64,000 nucleotides of DNA from an uncultured Planctomycetota bacterium (GTDB taxonomy: Bacteria; Planctomycetota; Planctomycetia; Isosphaerales; Isosphaeraceae): positions 88,741 to 152,740 of the forward strand of contig CAWJTV010000049.1 of assembly GCA_963845755.1 (NCBI GenBank), read 5' to 3'. Every line of letters starts with the position of its first letter. The stretch's first letter is position 1. This document shows, piece by piece, positions 33,007-44,157 of this stretch. The notes below the pieces were generated by a model, which ran no database searches, had not been told where the DNA came from, and saw only the letters and a list, made by a program, of their open reading frames with translations. Made by a program: the position numbers and the translations under genes.

Positions 33007-33177
33007 GTTGACAGGCCAGTCAATGCGGGGCGCGGCGAAGAGTCCCGCCGCGTCTCGATGTCTGGTCGAGCCGTTGTCAAACCGCACGCCCTTGGCGATT
33101 CGACGGCTCGACCGTAGAGTGGATCGCATCGTCGCTCGCAACGGTCGTGCTCTCCAATCCTGTCGGCGAAGGCAACG

Positions 33178-33916
33178 ATGAATCCTCAAGCGGCGCAGTC
33201 CTCGAACGCCCAGTTTCCGACCACCCACTGGAGCCAAGTGATGGCCGCGGGCGACCCGGCGGAACCCGAGGCGCGCGCCGCGCTGGCCGCCTTGTGCGGC
33301 CGGTACTGGTATCCGCTTTATGCGTTCATTCGCCGCCGAGGGCTACGATCCCGCGACGGCCGAAGACCTCGTCCAGGGCTTCTTTGCCTCACTGCTGGAG
33401 AAGGACGGCCTTTCCTCGGTTGACCGGGCGAAGGGCCGGTTCCGATCGTTCCTCATGGCCGCCTGCTCCCACTTCCTCTCCAACCGCCGCGATCACGACC
33501 GGGCGCTCAAGCGCGGTCGTGGTCGGGTGTTCGTGCCGATCGACGCCCTGGAGGCCGAAGACCGCTATCGGCGAGAGCCGGCACACGAGCTGACCGCCGA
33601 ACGGCTCTTCGAACGTCGATGGGCCACGACCCTGCTCGACCTTGTCCTTGAGCAGTTGGGGACGGAGATGTCGGCCGCCGGCAAGGGCCGCCAGTTCGAG
33701 GCGCTGAGACCTGCCTTGATCGGCTCGGTCGACAAGCTCCCCTACGCACTCATCGCCGCCGAGCTCGACTGCTCGGAGTCCGCGACCCGGCTGGCTGCGC
33801 ATCGCCTCCGAGCCCGCTATCGAGCCTTGCTCCGCCAGGAGGTCATTCGTACCCTCGCTGATCCCGAAGCCCTCGACGATGAGATCCGTGACCTCTTCGC
33901 CGCCTTCACCCGTTGA
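33178..33916 (+). CDS. ECF-type RNA polymerase sigma factor (frameshift near 33340)
   Basis: FPTTHWS...LCGRYWYPLYAFIRR, then AEDLVQGFF...KGRFRSFL...AAHRLRARYR...DDEIRDLF. Confidence 0.88.
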
Positions 33917-34039
33917 TTCGTCATCCTCTTCGCAGACGGTCTCCCACCGGTTGCCTCATCGCTCTTGTGTTCGCAGCCTCCGTGCTCCTATCATTTCAGG
34001 ATCGATGCAAATCCGGCTCGATGAACGGAGAGGCATATC

Positions 34040-35116
34040 ATGCGGACTCCCCTGATCCCTGCCGCGATCATCGCGTCCCTGGCCGGCCTGCCGATCCCCG
34101 GATTCGCGGCCGATGAGCCGGCACTCCATCGCCTGGATGGATTCATGACCAAGGGCGTATTCACCGCGCTGGACCCCGAACTCACGAAGCATCGATTCTC
34201 TCAGCAAGAGATCGAAAAAGCGGGCCTCGACGGCAAACCGAAGCCTATCGCTGATGTTGTCAGTGATCTGTCCTCGTACGAGAAGCTGGCGCCACGGATC
34301 GATGAGCCTCTCGTGGTGCGAGGGGACATGCGAGTCACTCTGACGCCAAACACGACCGGCGACGAAGCTTACGCGAGCTGCTTCTTCGCGATCACTTACA
34401 ATGGGCTAGCACTCGCGGGCAGGGGTACCGAGCTCATCCTGGTCCGACCCGAGACTCAGCAGAACCTGGCTCCCCCCAAGAGATCATGGAATCGCGAGCA
34501 GATCCTTTCGACACGGCTGTTCCGCCTGGGTTACCTGAATTCCGACCACATCCTGCGGCAGTACCGCGACAAGATCGGGACCGGGGATGGGCACGCGATC
34601 ATTGAATTGAAATCGAATGTCGTGATCGTCGTCAACACGGACACGGCCCTCGAGAAGCTTGGCAGGTACATCGATTCGGAGATCCTGGAAGCGATGGGAA
34701 CGCCCGCGCCCACGGGTCTCGCCCCAATCCCGGCCCAGGAAACGCGGCTGCCGAGTCCGGGGGCCCTCGCTTCGCGCGAGGGCATCCATTTTTATCTGCT
34801 GGCGTATACCCGATTTCACAGCATCCCGACGTTCGGAAGCCAGCAGGCTGGTGCCCCGAAGCGATACCCTGAGGCCGACCTGTGGCTGAGCGTGCAGGGC
34901 TTTCAAACCCTGGAGCAGGAATACCGGCGGATCGGGGAGGCGGCGCAGCTTGCCAAGGAGGCCATTGCGCAAGGGTGGGTTGATCCTCACCCCGAACGCA
35001 CCTTGACGCCGGTGGCCCAGAGACGGCTCGAGATTCGGTACGGACTGGTCAGCCCCCTGCCGGGAAGGGCGACAGTCAAGGCGGCGAAGAAGGCCACGCG
35101 GCGGAAACGCCCTTGA
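34040..35116 (+). CDS. Secreted hypothetical protein, possible secretin-N-like domain
   Basis: GGAGAGG RBS and signal peptide; TRLFRLGYLN...KSNVVIVVNT..ALEKLGRYID resembles Secretin_N repeats. Confidence 0.6.
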   Translation: MRTPLIPAAIIASLAGLPIPGFAADEPALHRLDGFMTKGVFTALDPELTKHRFSQQEIEKAGLDGKPKPIADVVSDLSSYEKLAPRIDEPLVVRGDMRVTLTPNTTGDEAYASCFFAITYNGLALAGRGTELILVRPETQQNLAPPKRSWNREQILSTRLFRLGYLNSDHILRQYRDKIGTGDGHAIIELKSNVVIVVNTDTALEKLGRYIDSEILEAMGTPAPTGLAPIPAQETRLPSPGALASREGIHFYLLAYTRFHSIPTFGSQQAGAPKRYPEADLWLSVQGFQTLEQEYRRIGEAAQLAKEAIAQGWVDPHPERTLTPVAQRRLEIRYGLVSPLPGRATVKAAKKATRRKRP

Positions 35117-35268
35117 CGCCTTTCCTCGCGTCCAGCGGACGCACTCGTGGGCGAATCCCGGCACCTCCCATTCTCGGCCTCCCTCCCAGGGATCAAGGTT
35201 CTTGCGGCGACCCATCCGCGGGGATACAGTTGGGTTTGTGGGGAATCCCTATCGTTTAGGTGAAGATC

Positions 35269-35979
35269 ATGCAAATCGTCCCGGCGATCGACATCCGAGG
35301 GGGGTTCTGCGTCCGGCTTCGCCAGGGCGACTTCGATCAGGAGACGATCTTCGGCGATGACCCGGCGGCGATGGCCGTGCGCTGGGAGGGGGAAGGGGCG
35401 GAGCGCCTTCATCTGGTCGACCTGGACGGAGCCAAGGAGGGCCGGCCGGTAAACGTCGATGCGGTCAGACGGATCCGGGATCGGGTCAAGGTCCCGTGCC
35501 AGCTTGGCGGGGGGATCCGCGACGAGGCCACGATCGCCGCCTGGCTGGAAGCGGGACTGGAACGCGTGGTCGTGGGCACGCAGGCCCTCCGCGATCCGGA
35601 CTGGTTCGCTCGCATGGCGCGGGCTTATCCGGGTCGGTTGCTCCTGGGTCTCGATGCCCGAGATGGCCGGGTCGCGACCCATGGCTGGCTGGAGGTCTCG
35701 AGCATCGCCGCTCTGGCCCTGGCCCAGGAGTTCGATTCGTTGCCCATCGCCGGCATCATTTACACCGATATTGCACGCGACGGCACTCTCGAAGGTCCTA
35801 ACACAACCGCCATCGCCACCTTGACCGAGGCCGTGCGGACCCCGGTGATCGCTTCGGGTGGGATCGGAAGTCTCGATGACATCCAACGGCTGGCGCCGCT
35901 CCCGATCGCCGGGTGCATCGTCGGTCGTGCGCTATACGAAGGACGTTTTTCGCTTTGCGAGGCTCTTGGTCTGCTGTAA
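35269..35979 (+). CDS. hisA: ProFAR isomerase
   Basis: IVPAIDIRGG..VRLRQGD, LHLVDLDGA, QLGGGIR, YTDIARDGTLEGPN, IASGG, IVGRALYEG. Confidence 0.97.
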   Translation: MQIVPAIDIRGGFCVRLRQGDFDQETIFGDDPAAMAVRWEGEGAERLHLVDLDGAKEGRPVNVDAVRRIRDRVKVPCQLGGGIRDEATIAAWLEAGLERVVVGTQALRDPDWFARMARAYPGRLLLGLDARDGRVATHGWLEVSSIAALALAQEFDSLPIAGIIYTDIARDGTLEGPNTTAIATLTEAVRTPVIASGGIGSLDDIQRLAPLPIAGCIVGRALYEGRFSLCEALGLL

Positions 35980-35981
35980 TC

Positions 35982-36075
35982 GTAGGGTGGTGTCGAACGA
36001 TGCACCGCATCGTGAGGCCCACCGATCACTCTCGGTGGGCCGTCTCGCGATGAATCGCGACTCGACCCACCCTAC
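35982..36075. repeat. GTAG-type REP-like composite palindrome
   Basis: gtagggtggtgtcga ... tcgacccaccctac outer arms, with an inner hairpin ggcccaccga-N6-tcggtgggcc. Confidence 0.7.
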
Positions 36076-36094
36076 TAATCGGGAGATGACACTC

Positions 36095-38172
36095 ATGACC
36101 ACAACCTACCATATCGCCGATATCCGCAACGTCGCCCTCGCTGGACATGGGGCGTCGGGCAAGACCAGTCTGGCCGACGCCCTACTCTTTGCCGCGGGTG
36201 CGACCAATCGCAAGGGATCCGTGGACGACGGGACCAGCGCCCTCGACGTTGACGAGGAGGAGAAACGCCGGCACTTCACGATCGACTGCCATCTCGGGCA
36301 CCTGGCGTGGATCGGGAAGCAGGTCCACCTCATCGACACGCCCGGCTATCCCGATTTCATCGGCAATGCCCTGAGCGCGCTGGCGGCCGTCGAGAATGTG
36401 GTCGTCGCTGTGTCGGGACCGTCGGGGATCGAGGTCAACACGCGCCGGCTGTTCCAGGAGGCCGGACGGCTCGGGCTCGGGCGATTCGTCGTGGTCACCA
36501 AGATGGATGCCGAGAACGTCAACTACCGTTCGGACCTCGAGTCGATCCGCGAGTCGTTCGGGCCGCAATGCGTGCCATTCAACGTGCCGGTCGGCCAGGG
36601 CCCGAGTTTTTCGGGCATCGTTGACGTGATCCAGTCGCACGACGAAGACCCCGCCGATTGCCCGTTGCCGCCGTCGGAAGCCTATCGCATGGTCGTCGAG
36701 CAGATCGTCGAGCTCGACGAGGATCTCATGATGCGCTACCTCGAGGGGGAGACGGTCGAGCCCGACGAGCTGCGCAAGGCGGCCCACGACGCGATCGCCC
36801 AGGGAAAGCTCGTCCCGGTGCTTTGCGTTTGCACCCGCAAGGACCTGGGCCTGCGCGAGCTGCTCGACCTGATCGCCAACTGCGGACTCAGCCCCGACGA
36901 CGTCCATCATTTCGGCTCCCGGTTGACCGAGTCGGCGGCGCCGGAGGAGGAGATCCTGCCGGTAGAAGAAGGCACCCTGGTGGCCCAGGTCTTCAAGACG
37001 GTGAACGATCAATTCATGGGCAAGCTCAGCTACCTGCGGATCTTGAGCGGTCGGATCGCTCCCGACACGACGCTCGTCAACCTCCGCAGCGGGAAGACCG
37101 GGAAGGCCGGTCACGTGTACGTGCTCCAGGGGAAGCAGCAAGAGGAGGTCCCCACGGCCATCGCCGGCGATATCGTCGCGATCGCCAAGTTCGACGACCT
37201 GCACGTTTCCGACACCGTGAGCAATGTCGGCGGCAACACCACCGTTCCTCAGCTCCACGTTCGGCCGATCAAGTTCCCCATACCGATGGTCCCCCGCGCC
37301 GTGGTCCCCAAGGCCCGCGACGACGAGGCCAAGATTTCGGTCGGGCTGGCGAAGATCGCCGATGAGGACCCGACGTTCTCGATCCGCCGCGACAGCCAGA
37401 CGCACGAGCTGGTGATCTCGGGGATGAGCGACCTCCACCTGGATATCGTCCAGCAACGGCTGAAGAACCGTTACAAGCTCGAGATGAACACGCACGTGCC
37501 GCAGGTCCCTTACCTCGAGACGATCCTCGGCGACTCCGAGGCGATGCACCGGCACAAGAAGCAGACCGGCGGTCGCGGCCAGTTCGGCGAAGTCCACTTG
37601 CGGGTCCGGCCCCGCCAGCGCGGTGAGGGCTTCAACTTCGTCGACGCGGTCAAGGGCGGCACGATCCCTAACCAGTTCATCCCGGCCGTCGAGAAGGGCG
37701 TGCGCGAGCAGATGGACAAAGGCGTCATCTCGGGGAACCAGGTCGTGGACGTGGAGGTGGAAGTCTTCTTCGGCAAGGACCACCCGGTCGACAGCTCGGA
37801 GCAGGCGTTCAAGACGGCGGCGGCCACAGCGTTCCGCAAGGCGTTCGATCAGGCGCGCCCGGCGCTCCTGGAACCGATCGTCACGATCGAGATTACGGTC
37901 CCTGGCGAGAAGTTCGGCGACATCTCGGGCGACCTCTCCACGCGCCGCGGCCACATCACGGGGATGGACTCGCTTGCCGGTAACGTCCAGGTCATCCGCG
38001 CCGAGATCCCGCTGGCGGAGGTCCTCACGTATGCCTCGCAGCTCAAGAGTATGACCGGCGGACAGGGGTCCTTCACGATGGACTTCAAGTCGCACGAGCC
38101 CGTACCGCCGAATATCCAGCAGCAGATCGTCGAGCGGTACAAGAAGTCGGCGCGGGCATCGAGGAAGAATAA
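36095..38172 (+). CDS. Elongation factor G paralog (EF-G-like / EF-G2); 1-nt frameshift near 38150
   Basis: IRNVALAGHGASGKTSL, IDTPGYPDF, EDPTF, GMSDLHL, HKKQTGGRGQFGEV, VDSSEQAFK, LLEPI, SMTGGQG. The true stop is probably ...GIEEE* at 38172. Confidence 0.92.
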
Positions 38173-38193
38173 GCCCCTCGCGCATTGCGCATC

Positions 38194-38232
38194 GGGCGTC
38201 GGGGAAGGCCCACCGGGCCATTCCCCACGCCC
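38194..38232. terminator. GC-rich hairpin downstream of the EF-G gene (possible terminator)
   Basis: gggcgtcggggaaggccc-acc-gggccattccccacgccc, between convergent genes; no strong U-tract. Confidence 0.45.
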
Positions 38233-38471
38233 CACTCTTGTTCAAAAAACGCTTCAGCTCGTGTGGCGCGTGGACGATCCGATCGGCAGGCGCGATCAGG
38301 CCGTCTTCCCTCAGAACAGGTGGAATAACAGGTGGTTTGGAACTTCTGTACACTAAATTCATCGGCAGAGACAAGATAAGCGCTAATATTGAATTGGCAC
38401 TATCTTGGATTTATCAATTTGGACTGTTCCTGAACCGTTCGAGCGTGTTTCGCACTCCACGCTCTTGGTGC

Positions 38472-41190
38472 TCAATCGCCAACGAGCACTGTCTCGTTAA
38501 CCGGCTCTTCGTTCCTTGCGACTCGCTCGGGCGAAGCGTACGCTCGGGCTCTGCGGTCCAGGGTCCAGATTGCTAGCGTACAGGCGATGACGGTCAGCAG
38601 GATCAAGAGCAGGTCCCAGAACGTGGCCCACCAAACGATCTGCGCGATCACGTCCTCGCGAGGAGGATGGTCGATCAGGAGCACGACGATCGCGGGAATA
38701 GAGCTCGCCAGCGCCAAGCCTGGCGGGTAGTTCGGACGAGCCGGCGCGTGAGTTGAATCGTACAAGTAAATGAGGAAAAGGAGCGGCCAGCCCATGGTCA
38801 CGATGAGGAAGATGGCAACGGTCGCGGCGATCGCGCGGCGGCGACGACGGAACCCGATCCCCAGCGCCAGCCCGAGACTGACGACTGCGGCCCCGTGGGC
38901 CAGGACCGTCAGGACCGCGAGGAAGCCGGTGGTCAGGAGACTGGTGCGCGATCGAACCGGCAGGACCGGCCGGGCCGCGATCTCCGCATCCGTGGCCTTT
39001 CGCATCTTCAATTGGCCGCCGGTAGCGTCCGTCGTGATCACATAAGTGATATTCGAAGGATGCAAGGTCTCGATCCTCTCCTCGCTGCCATCAGGCAGTT
39101 TCGTGACCTTCTGAAGGACCCTGACGGGCCGGTGGACCGTAACCAGGGCCAGGCCGATCAGCGCCGGGCCGATCGCCAGCAAGAGGACCAGGCGAAAGGA
39201 CTCCCACCAACGGCTGGCGAATAACCCTCGGTCGGGGACCGCCGCCACAGGTTCCCAGGTCATCGCCTGTGGCATCCCTGTTCGCGTAATCGATAACGGC
39301 GCCATCACCGCGAGGAGAAGGAATCCGACGGCGATCAGGAGCGCGGAGGCCACAGCCCCGAAGTCCATCGCTCGACCGCTGCCAGGGATCCAGATCACGA
39401 TCGTCTCGAAGAGGCATCCGACGCCGATCAAGCCGGCCAGGAGCACCACCACATCGGAGAGCACCGACGTCCGTCGCGGTCGTTCGGGTATGCGACAGAG
39501 GCAACGGTCGAAGGTCCGAATGGTCAGCCAAACCAGGCCGAGGGCCAGCACGAGGCACTCGATGTCCCAGAACATGGTCCACCCGACGAGATACCGTTGT
39601 CCAGGAAAGCGATCCGACAGGAGCTCGGCGGAGCCTCCGGCGACCATGAGGGGACTCAGGCACATCATCCCTGCTCCCCCCAGACGACCGACTCCCGCCA
39701 AGGTCGGCCAGCCGACGCTCATCATCACGGCGAAAACCACGCTCGCGGCGATCGCCCGGCTCTGCTGCTTGATCCAAACCGCCAGGGCCACACCGACGCT
39801 GGCGATCAATGCCCCATGGATGAGGATCGTCGCGACCAGGAGGGTCACGCCGAAGAGCAATTCCACCGTGGACAAGGACGGCTCGGGGGGGAATCGCCCG
39901 GGCTGAGGGACCGGTGGAGTGACATCGGCCGTGGCCATCGCGAGAGCGACCAGGCCCGGCCCGAGTGCCAGAAACGGCACCAGCCGGAGCGTTCCCAGCC
40001 ACTTGCCCACCACGATTGCTCGGGTGGACAGCGTGGTGGTGGCCAGGAGATCGAGGCTGCCCCGCTGCCGCTCTTCCGACATCGATGTCGGCGCCACGGC
40101 CGATAAGATCAGCAGACCGAAGGTCAACTGGATCATGGATCCGAACATTCCCGTAATGAACCCAGGCCGGGATCGAAAGTCGTCCAGGCCGTACGCCCAG
40201 ATCATGACGGCACCGGCGACGCAGGCGATCCCGGTTGAACGCGCCCACGATCGCGATCAAGATCATCAGCCAGCGCGACGGCCGCGACCGATGCCACTCG
40301 CGCCAGAACACGGGATTGCCGTCGAGCGACGGGCCGGGAAGCCATCGCGTGATCCGGCCAATCAGGCCCATGGAAGGCGCCTTACGGCGGTCGCCGGTCC
40401 CACGGCAAGACACCGGCCGCATCCGCCGCACCGCCAGGATCGTCAACACCGCCGACAGCCCCAGCGCCATGGCGAGGAAGCCGAAATACTCCCAGAAACC
40501 CGTCCGGTTGGGCGCCACGTACCGGGCGAACGCCAGGTAGTAGGGGTCAGCCATGAGGCTCCAATCCGAAGGTGGGGCGACCAACCCGAGTCGCGACAGG
40601 CCGAACCAGATCGGCCAGAGGAGCAGGACGAGCATCCAGAAGGTATAGGTCACGATCACGACCTCATGCGGCCTCCTGGCCCAGACCGACAGCGCCATCG
40701 CCATGGTGCAGCCCACCAGGGCGACCGCCAGCATGATCGCGAACGCCAGGGTCAAGGCGGTGGGATCGATGCCGCCCAGCAGCGAACAGATCGACAGGAC
40801 CGGCCAGGTACAGGCCACCAATCCCAGGATCGGCAACAGCCGTGCGCCGAGCCTGCCCAGGACGATCTCCGGGTCCGAGAGGTCGGTGGCCAGGATATGG
40901 GTTAGAGTCCCACGCGCGCGGTCCCCGCAGATCGCTCCGGCTGTCGCCGCCGGCGCGGCCAGCATCACGAGCGTCAGCTCCACCCCGATGATCGCGTAGA
41001 AGTACGACTTGCCCAGTTCCGCATATTGCCGCCACGTGTTCACCGGATCCATTGCCGATCGCGAATTCGCGATCGTCGCGATCGACGACAGCAGAATCAC
41101 CACGCAGAGCGACCGGATGGCGTAAGTCTGCCAGCGTCGCGAGTTGGCCAGGCACTCGTAGACGAAGACCGGTCCCAGGCCCCAGCGCAT
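38472..41190 (-). CDS. ABC-2-type multi-module permease paralog A (frameshift near 40240)
   Basis: MRWGLGPVFVYECLANSRRWQ start and ...ETVLVGD end; two ORFs join into one gene of about 900 aa. Confidence 0.85.
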
Positions 41191-41211
41191 GGCTCTTTCC
41201 CCTTAAAGGTG

Positions 41212-41267
41212 GTTTCAAAAGGGGGACAGGTACCTCGAAGACTCGGAGCCAGTCCCCGTTCTGAAAC
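41212..41267. repeat. Palindromic intergenic element, copy 1
   Basis: gtttcaaaagggggacagg...ccagtccccgttctgaaac; near-identical copy at 46907-46962. Confidence 0.8.
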
Positions 41268-41324
41268 AGCTTGTTACGCAACGAGGCTGCAATCGAACCG
41301 GGATTCCGGGTTCCCCCTCTGTGC

Positions 41325-44050
41325 TCAATCGATCACGAGGACCGTCTCGATCACCGGTTGTCCGCCCTCAACATCTCGTGGGCGTGAAGTATACGCTCGG
41401 GACCTGCGGTCCAGAGTCCAGATCGCCAGCGCGGTGACCACCAGGGCCAGCAGGATGAAGATCACGTCCCAGAACGTACTCCACCAGACAATCTCGGCGA
41501 TCATGTTCTCCGGGTGCGTATCGAAAAGAAGCAGTACGATCGCCGGAACGGGGCTGGCCAGGAACAAGCCTTGAATGTGGGTCGGAGGACTCCAAGAACC
41601 CACGAAATAAGGAAAGAGGAGCGGCCAGCCGACGGTCACGAAGAGGAAGACGCCAACGCTCGCGGCGATCGCGCGGCCGCGCTGCGGAACCCGATCCCCA
41701 ACGCCAGTCCGAGACTGACAACCGCTGCCCCGTGGGTCAGGACCGTGAGGACCGCGAGAAAGGCCGTGGTCAGAAGACTGGCGCGCGAGGGATTCGGCTC
41801 GAACGGCCCGGCCGCGAACTCCGCGTCAGTGGCCTTTCTGACCTGGTCGACGCCGGAAGGGCCGATCGTCCTCACGTAGGTGGTTCCCGAATCGTTGGTC
41901 CAGATCCTCCGCGTGCTCCCATCAGCAAGCGTTGTGACCGTCCATGCGACCCGGACGGGCCTGTGCACCGTAGCCAGGGCCAGGCCGATCAGGGTCGGGC
42001 CGATCGCCAGCAGCAGGGCCAGGCGAAACGACTCCCACCACCGGCCCGCGAACAACCGGCGATCGGGGATCGCTGCGGAAGGTTCCAGGGCCAGGGCCTG
42101 CGGCGTCCTTCTTCGCGAGATCGACAACGGTGCGTTCACCGACAGGAGCAGAAGTCCGACGGCGACCAGAAGCGCGCAGGCCATGATTCCGACGTCCCAT
42201 TTCTCATGCGTGCTCGACCAACCATTGACCCAGATCGCGATCGCCCCGAAGAGACTGCCGACGCCGATCAATGCGGCCAGGAGCACCACGACGTAGGAGA
42301 CCACGGACGCGCGTCGCGGTCGTTCGGGAATCCGGCCGAAGCAGCCATCGAAGGTACGCACCGTCAGCCACAACAGCCCGAGGGACAGCACGAGGCTCTC
42401 GATGTCCCAGAACGACGTCAACCAGAGGATATCTCGGAGCCAGACCCCGCGCCTCGAAAGAAAACGCATGAGGTTCACGCTGGCCACGACCGGACTCAAG
42501 TCCATCATCCCCTCGGCCCCCGGGCCCATACGGCTAACCTCGACCACGAACGGCCAGCCCACGTACAGCGTCACGGCGAGTCCCACGCTGAGGGCGATCG
42601 CCCGGCTCTGCCGCTTGATCCACACGGCCAGCCCAGGCCGATCGTGCTCAATAACATCCCGTGGATCACGACTGTCGCGACCATGAGCGCGGCACCGAAG
42701 AGCCGCTCACTCGTGGACAATTCCATAGTATCGTAGACCGGGATTCCCGGCGATGTCGGCGCGGCCTCGGGCGTCTTGTGTGCCGTGGCCAGAGCCAAGC
42801 CGATCAATCCCGACCCGATCGCCAGCAGCACGACCAGCCGGATCGCCCCCAGCCATTTGCCGGCCACGATCGTGGGGGTGGAAAGGGTCGTCGTGGCCAG
42901 CACGTCGAGGCTGCCCCGCTGCCGCTCTTCCGACATCGACATCGGCGCCACGGCCGATAACATCAGGGACCCGAAGACCAACTGGAGCAGCCATCCGTAG
43001 ATCCCCACGATCGTCCACGCCACCGGAGCCTTGTTGAAGTGATCCAGCCCGTTCGCCCAGATCGAGACGGCCCCGCCGACGCAGGCGATCCCGGTCGCGC
43101 CGCCGCCGATCCCAATCAAGATCATCATCCAGCGCGACGGCCTGGACCGATGCCACTCGCGCCAGAGCACGGGATTGCCGTCGAGCGACGGGCCCGGCAG
43201 CCAGCGCGTGATCCGGCCAATCAGCCCCATCCGCGGCGTCTCGCTCTTCTCGGCCAGCCCGCGACAGGAAACCGGCCGAGTTTTCCAGACCGCCAGCACA
43301 GTCAACAAGGCCGAAGCACCCAGCGCCACGCCGAAGAAGGCGAGGTAAGCCCAGAAGTCGAGCTTACCGGGGACCGCGTAGGGGGCGAACGCCACGTAGT
43401 ACGGATTGGCCAGAAGGGTCCACTGGGGCGGCCGACCGATCTTGCCGGACAACGAGACGCCCGACCAGATCGGCCAGAAGAGCAGGCCCAGGATGAACAC
43501 CAGATAGGTTGTCAGGATCACCTCAAGCGGCTTCCGGGCCCAGACCAATAGCGCCAGGGACATGGAGCAGCCGACCACGGCGACGGCCAGGATCGTTGCG
43601 AACGCCAGGGTCAGCGCCGTGGGGTCGATGCCCCCGAGTAGCGCGCAGATCGCCAGGACCGGCCAGCTACAGGCGATGAGTCCCAGGATGGGCAACAATC
43701 GCGCCCCCAGCTTGCCCAGCACGATCTCGGCGTCGGACAAATCCGTGGCCAGCATGTGGGTCAAGGTGCCGCGCAGCGCGGTCGACACAGATGGCGCCGG
43801 CGGTCGCTGCCGGCGCGGCCAGCAGTATAAGGGTCAGCTCGACCCCGATGATCGCGTAGAAGTACGACTCGCCCAGCGCGGCATAATTTCGCCATATATT
43901 CACAGGATCGACCGCCGTCCGCGACATCGCGATCGTTGCGATCGCCGCCAGTAGGACGGACACCCCGACCGACCGGATGGCGTAAGTCTGCCATCGCCGT
44001 GAGTTGGCCAGGCACTCGTAGAGAAAGACTGGTCCCACTCCCCATCGCAT
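41325..44050 (-). CDS. ABC-2-type multi-module permease paralog B (frameshifts near 43780, 42630, 41680)
   Basis: MRWGVGPVFLYEC start, shared motifs across four ORF pieces, ...ETVLVID end. Confidence 0.82.
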
Positions 44051-44157
44051 GGCAGGTTCCTCGAGTTCGCGTCTACACGTGGTGTGAGTGTCGGTCGAAT
44101 TCGCGAGCGCCGGAAATCGGACATTCGGGAACGGAAGCCTTCGTGCAGTCGGTCCGC

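Noticed and set aside
38172..38356. C-terminal extension of the EF-G paralog in the ORF track
   Set aside because: Read-through caused by a 1-nt loss near 38150; the shifted frame gives a normal GIEEE* end followed by a hairpin.
36182..38374. 730-aa reverse-strand ORF and other long antisense ORFs (e.g. 1268-2788, 24923-26476, 55503-57743)
   Set aside because: Shadow ORFs opposite clear genes, expected in high-GC DNA, with no recognisable motifs.
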